DNA of 64,000 nt, taken from assembly GCF_009914755.1 (NCBI RefSeq), contig NC_060944.1; one strand, written 5' to 3'. The position numbers were made by a program, and so were the translations under genes. This document shows, one piece after another, positions 32,200-50,555 of the stretch; positions within the stretch are counted from its first letter, which is position 1, and each line of letters opens with the position of its first letter. Source of the DNA: the human T2T-CHM13v2.0 reference genome, Homo sapiens. The notes below the pieces were generated by a model. It saw only the letters and a list, made by a program, of their open reading frames with translations, was not told the origin of the DNA and made no database searches.

Positions 32200-32539
32200 C
32201 CTAGTTTACTGAGAATTTTTTTAAAAGTCAGAAATGGATGCTGGATTTTGTCATATCTTTTTTCTGCATCTGTTGAGATGGTTTTGTCTTTTAGTTTGTT
32301 AGTCTGGTGAATTACAGTGGCTGATTGATCGATTGAGTTTTCAATGTTAAACCTACCCTGGATTCCTGGCATAAACCACACCTGGTCATGATATATTCTC
32401 CTTTTTGTAAGATTTTATTTGAAATTTTTTTGTAGAATTTTTGCATCAGTGTGCATGAGAAATACTGGTCTGTGGTGTTCTTGGGAAAATAATCCCTCCT
32501 ATTCAGTTTTTTGGAAGAGTTTTCTAAATAGAAAAAAAA

Positions 32540-33395
32540 ACTGTTCTGTCACTTAACAACAACAACACAGAAGACTGTGACCAAATGCATGGGGGTTTTT
32601 CCCACATACCAAGCTCTGCAGTGGAGAGCAGGTGTGTCCTCTACTTCTATTTCAGTTCCGACACTACCTGGAGATAGCGTCAGATCCCACAGGGTCAGGG
32701 CTCAGTCCAAGACTGCCCTCCCTTGAGACACCAGCCACAAGTGTGGGCCTCTGAGATTCTGACCAACTAGCTTCAAGTTGGAGTTCCCATGCCCCACTCT
32801 TTGGATTCAATTAATTTGCTTGAGCAGCTCACAGAACTCAGAAACACTTAAGCTTACTGGTTTATTGTAAAGGATATGGTAAAATACGCAGATGAAAGGA
32901 CCCAAATGGAAGCGATGCATAGGGTAAGGTATGGGGAAAGGATATGGAGCTTCGATGCTCACCACCCTCCAGGAGCCTCCATATGTTCAGCAATCCGGAA
33001 GCTCTCCACACCCTGTCCTTTTGGGCCTTTTATAGAAATCTCATTAGATAGGCATTATCAACAACCAAGCAGAGAGACGATTGGACTAAGAGGGTATGAT
33101 CTAATGCTCACAGTCTGAGTGGCACCATTCAGCCAGGCCCGTCTGCTCTGGTTCTTAGCCTCTGCTGCATTTCTTCTTTCAGAGTATGGGGCAGTGCCCC
33201 TTCTGATCACAGAGAATTTCTTTATGGCCAGCTCCAAGACAGAAAGGCGGGAAAAGGAGCAGGTGAAAGGAGGGCAGAAGGGCAGAAAGAGAATGTCTTC
33301 TGAGGCCTAAAATGCCCAAGCATTACAAGACTGCAACAAAGGCCATGGGAGTTACAGACAAGGAGCCATGGATGAAATCAATATATCTATCATAC
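32540..33395. mobile_element. MER21/MER39-group ERV solo LTR
   Basis: Motifs tcagatcccacagg...ctcagtcc..aagactgccc and aatttgcttgagcagctcacagaactcag; subfamily uncertain. Confidence 0.6.
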
Positions 33396-33616
33396 GTTTT
33401 ATATACTTGGTATTATTTATTTCTTAAATGTTTATAGAGTTCATATTTAAGCCATCTAGGCCCGAAGTTTCTTTGTGGGAAGCTTAACCACAGTTTTGGC
33501 TTAATAAATACATGGCTATTTTGGTTATCCATTTTTTTTCTCGAATGAGCTTTGGCAATTTATGTATTCTCCATTTTATCTAAGTTACCAAATTTATTTA
33601 TATAAAGTTGTTCATG

Positions 33617-33879
33617 GGCTGGGCACGGTGGCTCACGCCTGCAATCCCAGCACTTTGGGAGGCCAAGTCAGAAGGATCGCTTGAGCTCAGGAGTTTGAGA
33701 CCAGCCCGGGCAACATAGCGAGACGTCAGGAAAAAAAAAAAATTGCCAGGTGTGGTGCTGTGCACCTGTAGTCTCAGCTACTCGGGAGGCTGAAGCGGGA
33801 GTTGGAGGCTGCAGTGAGCTATAATCATGCCACTGCACTCCAGCCTGGGCAACAGTGAGACCCTGTCTCAAAAAATAAA
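33617..33879 (+). mobile_element. AluJ-like element
   Basis: Alu consensus; flanked by tgttc(t)cat-like repeats. Confidence 0.85.
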
Positions 33880-34077
33880 AATGTTCTTCATAATATTGCC
33901 TTATGATGCTTGTATATCTGTAGACTATAGTGGTATTACCTGTAGTGATATCACTTCTCATTTTTGGTATTAGTTTTTCTTTTCTTTTATTCTGACTGGA
34001 CTAGAAGTTTATCAGTTTTACTAATCTTCTGAAAGAACATGTCTTTGGTTTACTTTCTCTATTCTTTGTTTTCTATT

Positions 34078-34270
34078 TCAAGGGTCAACAAATGTTTTCT
34101 GTGTATTAGGCTTTGTGGGCCACATGACCTGTTAACAGCCGCTCCGTGCTGCTGCTGGAGCACGAAGCAGGCGTAGGGAATCTGTGGATGTAGGGAATCT
34201 GTAACTGAGTGTGGCCGTGCCAACCAAACTTAACACAGCAGCTCTAGCCTGCAGCATGGCACAGCCAATC
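34078..34270. mobile_element. MER58-like hAT DNA transposon remnant
   Basis: caagggtcaacaaa...taggctttgtgggccaca...gtgtggccgtgcc. Confidence 0.5.
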
Positions 34271-34582
34271 TGTTCCGTTCCTTGGTTTCTGCTGTGATCA
34301 TCATCATTTTCTTTTCTTTTGACTTTAGGTTTAATTTGCTCTTCTTTGTCTAATTATTTAAGGTAGAAGCTCAAGTCGTTGATTTGAGACCTTTCTTCTA
34401 ACCTGGGTGTTTGGTGCTAAGACTTTTCCCCTAAGTAATGCTTTCACTCTACCCCACAAATTTTGATATATTGTGTTTTCATTTCCATTCAATCCAGGAT
34501 ATTTCCCAACTTCCCCTCTTATCTCTTCTTTGCCTCATGCGTTATTCAGCAGTATGTTGTTCAGTTTCCAAATATTGGGGGA

Positions 34583-34944
34583 TATATATATATTTTTTTT
34601 CAGGGCACATGTAATTATTTATTTATTTCACTTTACCTCATTTTTTATTTTTTTATTATACTTTAAGTTCTAGGGTACATGTGCACAATGTGCAGTTTTG
34701 TTACATATGTATCCATGTGCCACGTTGGTGTGCTGCACCCATTAACTCATCATTTACATTAGGTATAGCTCCTAATGCTATCCCTCCCCCCTCCCCCTAC
34801 CCCAGGACAGGCCCCGGTGTGTGATGTTCCCCTTCCTGTGTCCAAGTGTTCTCATTTTTCAATTCCCACCTATGAGTGAGAACGTGCGGTGTTTGGTTTT
34901 CTGTCCTTGTGACAGTTTGCTGAGAATGATGGTTTCCAGCTTCG
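34583..34944 (-). mobile_element. 5'-truncated L1PA 3' end with an extra 3' segment, bounded by TSD tattggggga
   Basis: ttattatactttaagttctagggtacatgtgcac...gatggtttccagcttc; direct repeat at 34573-34582 and 34945-34954. Confidence 0.9.
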
Positions 34945-35774
34945 TATTGGGGGACAGATTTCTAATTTAGTTCCATTGTGGTCACAGTACATACATTGTA
35001 TGGCTTGAATCTTCGTAATTTTTTGAGATTTGTTGGCCCAGGATATGGTCTGTCTTGGTAAGTGTTTGGCTGCATTTGCTTCTACTGGTGTCGTGTGGTG
35101 GGTTCTAGATGTCAGTAGATTGATAATGTTGTTCAGGTCTCCTGGTTACTCCAATCTCGTTACTCCAGTCTCAGACAGAAGCCCAAAGTGAATGAAGAAG
35201 TGTACTCCTCAATGAGTTTTGACAAATGCATACACCCATGTAACATAAACTGTATTAGGACTTACATATTAATAACTGGTAGAACTAGTCCCCATACATT
35301 GCTCTTCTTTCTTCAGAGTTTTCCTAATTGTTTTGTTTGCTTATTTAGTTGTATGTAAAAACTTTAGAATGTCTTGTCCAATTCTGGGGTTGATTGGGGC
35401 ATGTAACATCTGTATTTATATTGGGATTAATTACATTTATCATCAGTAAACTTTGAAGAACCAGTCAACTTCATGTTGCCGAATCTTCCAAAGAACCGAC
35501 CTTTCCATCTGTTCCAGGCTTTGTTATCTTTCCACGGTGCTGTGACATTTTTCTCCTGCAGAAAGGAGAAGACATGCCAGCTTTGGGATGGCGGCTGCCC
35601 CGGGAAGAGGGAGGAGGCTGAGAACAGAACAGGCTCCCGCCCTCCACAGTGCTGTGGCAGGATATTATTCTTACTAGATATGTTGATGGGCACATGGGTG
35701 TTTCTTACATAACTATTTTCCTCTATGTTTGAAATATTTTATAGTTTAAAAAATTAAAAACAAACTTAGAAGTC

Positions 35775-36527
35775 AATTTTAATAGAAAAGAATTTATTGC
35801 AAATACAGTGACTTTTTATATTACAGTAGTACATTCCAATCAGCCATATGGCCATAATTTGCATACATTTCAAATATAAAACTATACTTTTTTTTTTTTT
35901 TTACATATAGTACAATTTCCAGTGTGATGACATTTCAATGGGAAAAAGATTGTGCATTTGCAATAAACACCATCATCCCTGAGTCCACAGATAAGGTCCC
36001 CGGAGAAGGGGCTTCCCCTCCTTTCTCGCTGGGTTGACGTTCCCAGCGAGTGAAGCCTTTTCTGGAATGTGTGTACGCACCCTCCACCAAGAGTTCTAAT
36101 AAGCTAAGCTTAAAGCAGAACAGTGAAATGGCAAAACTGTACAGAGCCCTGACTTTACATTTCACTCTGACAGCCAGGGTCGGAAGCACCACATGGAAAG
36201 TGCTGTCCATAACTGCTCACTTACCTGCTCCTTGCTGACAGCTCCCAGGATCTGGCTCCAGCGAGTGGCAAAACTGGGAATTTTGCCAAGGGAAATTACT
36301 CAGGACCGCTAATAAAAACGCCGGCTTCTGCAACATGCATATTCCCCCAGCCCCCACCTCCATCTTGCCCAGGGCAGACCATTCATTAACTATCTGCGGG
36401 GTGAACAAAGAATCCCAATCCTCAGATGTCCCAGGACTCATGGCTCATGACCCACGGAATCTAAGGCAGCACAGTGGCTTAATTTAAAAGATGTGCTTTC
36501 GAATGAATCCTAGAAAATAATCTGTCT
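35775..36527 (-). other. NINL: NINL 3' UTR
   Basis: Lies between the stop codon (36528-36530) and the expected cleavage site downstream of the - strand AATAAA. Confidence 0.8.
35793..35798 (-). terminator. NINL poly(A) signal AATAAA
   Basis: tttatt on the + strand; cleavage expected about 35775. Confidence 0.8.
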
Positions 36528-36719
<192 letters not shown>

Positions 36720-36806
36720 CTAGAGAGGGGAGGAAGCCATGCTTTGCATGAGGCCGGTGGAGAAACGCTACAGATCAGCCTGCTCTCTTTTATCCTCCCA
36801 GGTTTA

Positions 36807-37220
<414 letters not shown>

Positions 37221-37929
37221 CTATGTGATGGAGAAAACTTGAGGCAGCTTTGTGCCGTGAAACAAGGACTTCAGGCAAAAGTGGCCAGTCCTCAAAAGGC
37301 CCTGGGACGGTCAGAGTGTGGAACAGGTTCATCTGCGTATGCGCTACTGGCTGTGATGTCAGCAAGGCCAGGAGCCAAGAGAAGCAGGGGAGGGAGCAGG
37401 CGCAGGACAGGCAGTACTGAGGCCCTGGGCTGTGGCCTGTGCTCAGGGCCAGGGCAGGTATGCAGGAGCCACAGGATTGAACCAGAAGTCAGGTGTTGCT
37501 GGCGAGATGGGCAACTGAGGACTGTGGGTGTGTGCCAGGGAGAAAGGGTGAGAGGGACCGGGGGCACCAGTAGGGGAGGAAGCTGGGCAAGGACGGGTGG
37601 CCCCAGGGACGGACTGGGAACCTTCCACAAATGCCTTGTCTAGCTTGGGCTGAGCTCAGGATCCCTCATGTAGACCAAACCATACTGGATCACGATGGAG
37701 CAAAAATACTTCTCCAGGTTTTCATATTTCTCTTAATCCTAACACTGAATGTGGTCCGTGGCCGGGCCTCTTCTGTGTGTGCACCCCACACCCGTGGGGT
37801 CCACCCACACCCTGTGCCATCAGCCCTCGGGGCACAGCACTGCTGCACGTCAGTTCCCACCTGCTGAGTTGGACTTCGAACATCTACAGACCAGGTGAGT
37901 TATGGCACCTCATTTTTGGTCTTTGCTCC

Positions 37930-38530
37930 TTACAGTAGCCCAAGTGACTTTTTCCCTAGTATGGTTTCTTTTAAAAGATAGATCCTGTCATGCTTTTACT
38001 TAAAATCTCCCTATGCCTTCTAACTGCCATTATGATAAAACCCAAACCCCTGACCTTGGCTTCTAGGATACACACGACAGGCACTGCCTACCTGAGCCCT
38101 ACCAGTTCACACCAGCCATGGCGGCCTCCTCCATGGCTGTCCGCTGCCTGGAATGCACCCTCCTCGGAGTCCCCCAGACACGAGGAGATGTGTGCATCTC
38201 CCACCCACTGAGCCTTCCAAATGCCACCTGGCCTCTGCTGGGGACACAGCTGGACGTTCCTGTGCTGGTCACTGGGCATCTGACCAAATGCTGGCTCTTC
38301 AAAGTGGCCTTGACCACCCCACCGGCTCCTTCCACCTCTATTCTCTCATTTTCAGAGCACTCATCATGGCCCGACGTCATGTATGCTCTATGGAAGCATC
38401 TGCCTCTGTCTCCAGAGGGTCAGGTCTGGGATGCAGGCTCAGCCCTGCTCATCTCAGGTCTACCTGGGAAAGCTTAGACCAGAGGTGCTTGGGGATGCCT
38501 GAATGACTACATGAACAAATGAACGGATGA
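37930..38530. mobile_element. L2 remnant
   Basis: atcctgtcatgcttttacttaaaatc...gcctggaatgc...tgaatgactacatgaacaaatgaa (L2 3'-end style). Confidence 0.55.
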
Positions 38531-38707
38531 GTCCTTTCTGAGTGTATGTGAACACCCAAAGGACAGATCTTAAAACCATTCCCGGAGGAAAATAAATGAA
38601 TGTGCACCTGCAGTGTAGGGTATACATTTAGTTCCCTGGAATTCTGTGACAAGACAGCCTTTTCCTGTATTAGCTACCTGCACACCCATAAAAGTGGAGA
38701 GCGTTCA

Positions 38708-40420
<1,713 letters not shown>

Positions 40421-40849
40421 TATGTTCTGGCCCAAACCACACAGCTTTCCTTTCTCTTTGCAGTTCAGGGAGAATCAGCAGACTCATTTGTCCTCAGAGA
40501 ACTGGTCCTAAGATTTTAACCATAAATAACTCCAAAGCGAGCTTCCCTCGCTGTGTTAGTGTATTCTTCTAGGGGGATTCTCCTTAACTTTGTCAATAAT
40601 GTAGCATCACTTAACTTTAGCTTGACCCCTTTGTGTGATGTTACAAGGTTGTTCTTCATTAGAACTACACTTTACAAACATCAAATGTTACCCACTTTTC
40701 AAGTCGTGCGCCAATTCCTTTCTCATGAGGGTGTCCCCTGCCCTCTGGTTCCTGATCTCTCCTGAAGTCTGTCCCTGATGAACTATGAACTATGTTGGGA
40801 ATTTCAGGAGTGAGTTATTCTCTCAGACTTTTGAATTAAACTCCTGCAT

Positions 40850-41045
40850 AGGGCACAGCTGTGCTGGGGACCCTTCAAGTGCTTTAAAGTCGCCAACCCA
40901 TTGATGCCTCCCAATAAGCCTTTTAGGTGGACACTACTGCTAGCAGGACTTTACAGATGAGGAAACTGAGGCACAGAGAGGTTCACTTGCCCAAGTTCAC
41001 TCAGCTGGGAGGTAGTGGGCGGGATCCCACCCTCCACAGTCTGTG
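40850..41045 (+). mobile_element. MIR
   Basis: Core tttacagatgaggaaactgaggcacagagaggtt...cttgcccaag. Confidence 0.8.
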
Positions 41046-41425
41046 CTCCGAGCTACTGTCTCCCATCTCCCACCACCTGCACTGCCCACGGCACCTGCCG
41101 GGCCCAATCTGTCACCCTCTGCTCTCTGCCCTCGGCCTCTGGTCCCTGTTCCCCTGGAACATGCCAAATACCCCCTACCCCAGGGCCTCTGCTGCTCCCC
41201 TGCCACATGGCGCCACCGCTCCTTCACCCCATTCAGGTCTCACCATCTCAGGGGCCACCTGTGAGGCCTTGTCTGGCCACCCTGTTTAAAACCACACTGC
41301 CCCTCTCCCTACAGCCTTCCTTACCATCTGACATGCTACATACGTGACTCATGTATTCACACTTGTGCAGCTTCTGGGTAACTGAAGACCGGTGGGCCCG
41401 CCTCACCCTCCTCCTCATCTCGTCA

Positions 41426-41737
<312 letters not shown>

Positions 41738-44531
41738 TTAGAAGGAGCCCATTTCTTTGGAATTCGGACAGCCAGGCTGCTGTCAGCCAGCGCTTCCACA
41801 CAGTGCTAGAGTGCAGAAAACATGTCCATCACCCTCAAAATGGTGACGCTGACCTCCTGTCAGACCCAGACTCTGCTGCGTCCAGTGTTAGCTTCCAGTG
41901 AACCTTGCTGGGGCCTGATTCTTTTCAAACAACGACCACGCCAGTTCTCCTTTCAGCGGAGACCTCACTCTGCAACAGGGCTACACTGGCCACAGACTAC
42001 CCAGACAACACGGACTGCTGAAGGGAAGGTGGGGCCAGGGCTGGAATTCCTGGCAGCGCCTGGTTTCCTGGATGGCACTGTCTGCTGGAGGTGGGCTGAG
42101 CTGTTACAGTAAACTGTGCACCACTATGCCAGCCACTTTAATGAAGCAGCTCGAAGCAAGATCCAAATACAATTTACATCCAGTTGACTGGAGGCTTCAC
42201 CAGGATTTCTTTGGCACCCTATAAGAACTGGCCACGCCACCCCTTACTCACCTGAGACCCCAAGACGGAGTGGGAATCACGCATGCTCCATCGGGGTCAT
42301 ATTTGGGCTGGGCCTGACATCACCACATGGTGGAGGAAGAGGGAAGGCAACACCCTGCGCCACACTGCCAGGTCCGGCTTCCCTTCAGTAGTCCCTGCAC
42401 TGACTCAGCCGAGCTGGGGGCCTGTCTTGGGGGGGCCAGGTCATCACTGTAAAGCTCACCCTTCTTCAGGACGGGGGTCACCCCAGAGAGACACACCTGC
42501 ACCCCACATTTTCCAGGCCCTGGAAGGCAGCTTATGGTTTGAGACAGAAAAGGAGGGAAGAACCAGTTCTAAATAGCATCTCCACCAAACGCAGCCTTCT
42601 CCCGAAGGCTCGTCTCAAGAAGGTCACTCTGGCTGCCGCCGCCCAGGCCTGCGGGACTCCCACGCATCAAGCACATCTACCCACCCAGGAAGGCTCTGGC
42701 CCAGCACCCCAACTCCCTGGGCTCTGATGCTTGCAGGTCCTTGGACTGCACCACCCCCCACAGCCATCCTGGGACCGAACCCCCACTAATTAAGCCGCTC
42801 CACAGCATGGCCAGGGTCCAGCCCAAGGGGGATCTCTGCCCATGGTGGGCAGCCTGTAAACATCTACTGAATGGAGAGCCATCCAGTCCTCTTCATCTCC
42901 TTCCTTGGCAATGCGAGACGGGCCACATCTACAGACCTTGACAGTCACAGGGACAGGGAAAGACGTCCCCAGGGGAGCACTGGAAACAAGGACATTTGTG
43001 TTCTGGGTGCTGGAGTGAGGCAGAGCAGCAGATGGGGCATCATCTCCCATCCTGAGTGCAGCCACCCTTCCTGTCCTTCCCATGGAGAGGGCCCTGTGAG
43101 TCCCCATCCCTTTGCCCTCTGAGCTCCCCTGGGAGACCCTCCGCCCTCTGAGCTCCTCTACGAGGCCCCATCCCTCTTGTCTGCTCTGGCCTCTGGGGCC
43201 TTCCTCCTGAACCACACATGGGCATGACAGTGACTGCCCTAGCTTCCCTCCCACATGGAAACGGCAACCACATCAGCTTCAGGCCCAGCCTCTCGTGGCC
43301 ACTCTTAGGGAGCCCCATCTGCCTTTTCCAGAGTGTCCTGAGCTACCCTGGAAGCCCCCAGCTTCCTGATGCTGACTGGAAGCCACGTGCTTTGGGGGAG
43401 CGTCTTCCTCTAAATCACGAGGAAGAAGGGGTGACCCACATGGCTGCAAGGACAGACTTGGTGAGGTGCTTCCCAACTGAGAGGCTGGTGGCAGGCGTGG
43501 CCCCAGGGGTGTGGAATGCTCTCCCTTGGCCCCAGCGGTGCCTCCCAGCGCCAGGTGCTGAGGAAGTGCTGGCCTTTTCAGGTGGCCTTACTCCTCACCT
43601 CAAAGGACTCGAACTGGCCCAGGCAATTTTCCAGGGTTCCTTTTAGACTCAAAAGTAGAGAAGGGTGCCTCAAATAGGCAGAGCACCTCTGGAAAACTGA
43701 CAGCCTGTAGCTGCAAGGCCAAGAGCCTATGGGAGCCCCAACAGCGCCTCAGAAAGCTCTGGGGTCCATGCCCAGCTGACCCCTCTGTGCCTCAGGACGT
43801 CTAGGGGGAGCCTCTGCACAGGGCGCCAGGGCCAGCGCCGGGGGGGACCAGGTGCAGAGGCTCAGCTGAGCCTCACAGGCAGGTGGGGAGAGACCCTTTC
43901 CCACAGCCCCCTTTCCTCTCTGTAGCCAAGCTTCCAAGTGTGCCCCGCACCTGTGTCCACACTGGGCACTCGCCCTCTGGGCACCTTTGGCCGTTACACA
44001 CCTGCTCTTCTCCTCTCCCTTGAGCCACCCCCTCCACAAGCATCCCCTGAGCCGGCTCCCCTCCCTGAGGCCCCTGCTCGGCTGCCCCTGCACACACCTG
44101 TCTGTCCCGGACCACGAGCCCCTGCCACCATAGCCCAGCCTCCTGTGTCTGCACCTCCCGCGCCTCTCACCTGCGGGGCCAGCAGATGTGGCACCCGGAG
44201 GCGTGTACAGAGGCCAGTGTCATGCATGCCCATGAGTGCCCATGTCACCCCACTCCCAGGGCTGGAGCCTGCTGCCTTGGTTCTGACGACACAGTCCCCA
44301 GGCTTGCCTCTGGCTCCTCCATTCTGTGGAGGGCTCACCCACAGGCATGGTGCCCGCACTCCTTCCCTCAGGAGTAAACAGTCACTACTCTTCACGGGGC
44401 TTGCTGACAGTCAAACCAACCCTGCACTGGGAGCAGCTTCGGTCCTGGCCCGGTAAGCACCTGGACAGCTGTGCCCAGCAGCACAACTACTTCTTTGGGC
44501 TGGAGGAGGCCTGGCAACACCGTTGGCACTA

Positions 44532-44711
<180 letters not shown>

Positions 44712-45317
44712 TTAAAAAATCAATTGCACAAGTCAAGAAGTATCTGAAGAGTCTGGTATGTAATTCGTGCAAAAACCTCAGAAAATTACAGAAAAGAAAA
44801 AAAGTACAAAATTTAAATCCCTGTGAACCCACCAACCAAGGCCGGCCCTGTGTCCTGCAGTCACTCCCCGGCCCCTCCTCTACACACACGCATCTCCCTG
44901 GTGAGACAGTGTCAGGTGCGCCACGCACTGCAGGAAGTGCCTTCTCCTCACTGCAGTGGGAGCGTTTCCTGGGGCATTAGTTATGATTTGAAAACATGGT
45001 TTTCAGTGGCTGTGCTGTGATCCAGTGACTCCCTCAGCTTCTGTTGGTGACTCGGCCGATTTCAGTTCTGCTTTGCTATTATAAACAGCACAGCAAGGAA
45101 AATGCTGCAGCTGCATCCTTCCACAAGGCTCTCGGGAACATCCCCATCGGAATCGTGAAGTCAAGGCATGTGGACTTTCTTCAGCCTCTAAGTGTGTATT
45201 TTGCCAAACTGCCCTCGGGGAACTTTGTACCAATTCACTCCTCTGTCAGCAGCATATAAAGCTATTCTGCTATTTTCTTTAGATACTGGGATTTGCCAAC
45301 ACAGCACAGTCCACCTA

Positions 45318-45659
<342 letters not shown>

Positions 45660-45714
45660 TCATGTTATATATACATTTGCCCATCATTGGCTATATTTTT
45701 ATTAAGTAGTCATT

Positions 45715-47577
<1,863 letters not shown>

Positions 47578-48390
47578 CTAGAACATCACCAGGGAAACCA
47601 ACCTGCCTTCCATCCCAGCTCCTAGCCGACAACACTCCCCCAATCTGCTTTGCCCCCTACACACACAGGCGCACACATGATGTCTTCCCTTCTCCACAGC
47701 CGCCTGCCTCCCGGGGACAGCAGCTCTCACGCGGCTGCTGTGCAGCTACTGCTTCAGGACAGTGGCCTTGATGTCCCCACACTTCATTTTGTCAACGAGC
47801 CTGGCAGCATCCTTCCCGGCACAGGATCAGCTGGGCCCTGTCCAGCTGTTTCAGCCTCCTCAAATGTGGAATGTCTCCTCAGCTTCTGTCTCTCATGACT
47901 TTGACATTTTTTGACAAATACAGTTCCACCCCCTCCCATTTGGGGTTTGTCTGGTGCTTCCTTGTGACTCGAGTGACAAGTTCCTGGGCAGACACTGTGC
48001 AGGGAGCTGCATCAGGAGGCAGAGATGCTATCTGCTCCTGGTGGCGTTCACGCTGGCCACCTCTTAATTTTGAACTTGCATTCATCTGGCTTTCACTGCA
48101 GAAGCCAACATGAGATGTCAGCAGCTGTCTCCTGGGTGTGTGTTAAAACAAATGACATCTGTGTCAAAATATGTTCACTCTGCATCTGCTCCAGCCTTTA
48201 GGCCTAATTTCCAGTTTACAAGGCAGACAAGTGACATACGACCAGAGTAGCCTACACTCTCAGAAAACAACTGGACAGATCCAGAATGTGGGATGGCCCA
48301 CGGGACCACTACTGGGGCTCTTCCAAAAGCCAGTGTCATGGGGAAAAACAGGTCTTCTAGATCAAAACACCAAAGGGACCATGCAGGGGA

Positions 48391-48852
48391 TGTGTTGTCC
48401 AAAGAAGCCTCCAGAAGCCTCTTCCATCCCACATCCTCTTCTGAAATGTGACCTGAACACTTGCCCATCAGAGAAGCCTCCCCCGCGGCTCCAGGGACTC
48501 AGTGGGAATAACGTAGAGTGTGACTTCCGAGGAGGGCTTGGGAGCCATGCGCCTCCCACCAGCTGCCCTGGAACACTAGCTCCCTGACACCCCCCACGAC
48601 ACTCCTTCCAGGTCCAGCCCCATGAGGAGAGGCCCCAGACAGACACAAGCAGAAGGGGTCCCCGACGACTCCAACCCTGGCCATTAGGTCACCCCAACTG
48701 TCCAGCCTTCCCAGCCGAGACCCCACATCACAGAGCAGGGACGGCCGTCAAGGCTGTGTTTGTCTGAATGCCTGACCCACAGGTGCCATGAATGCACTCA
48801 AGTGGCTGGTTTATGCCAGCAAGTTGATCTGATAGCTAAACATGGCTGAACA
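48391..48852. mobile_element. MLT1-like MaLR LTR remnant
   Basis: tgtg...ccccatgaggagaggcc...gcctgacccaca...gatagctaaaca. Confidence 0.45.
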
Positions 48853-49102
48853 GAGTCATAGTTACACACAATGTGGCACCCCCAGCTGCACCCTACTGCC
48901 AGCAACCTTGTTGTGCAGGACACTTTTTAATAACTGAAAAAATGAGAATATGGTCTGAATACTGATATGAGGTAACTACTGCTAAGTTTCTTAAGTGTGA
49001 CAGCACTCCTTCAGTGTGGCGAGGCGGGAGATGCACTTCCTTTTAAGAGATGCCTGTTGAAATATTGAGAAGTGGAGTATCATGACATCTGGAACTTATT
49101 TT

Positions 49103-50116
<1,014 letters not shown>

Positions 50117-50411
50117 TCAGGCACTCACAACACAGACAGTGCCTGCCTGCCAGCGTCTATGAGAAGCTGCTCACAGTTTCTAGATCAAAACACCAAAGGG
50201 ACCCTGCAGGGGATGCCTGTGGTCCCAACTACTGCGTGCCACATGATTCTGAACATCCTTGGGACCACCGGCAGATTTGACTGGGGCAGGGGTCTTCACA
50301 GCCGTGTTTAGTGTCTGACTTTGATGGGGCCTGGGGGCCGGTCAGCAACTCACTGTCAAGTCTTTTAGAAGAATGTTCTCTACTTCCTTTTGTAAGTTTA
50401 AAATGATTTCA

Positions 50412-50555
<144 letters not shown>

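Noticed and set aside
35888-35902. T tract that reads as poly(A) in the NINL 3' UTR
   Set aside because: Genomic homopolymer; more likely a source of oligo-dT internal priming than a retrocopy tail or true 3' end
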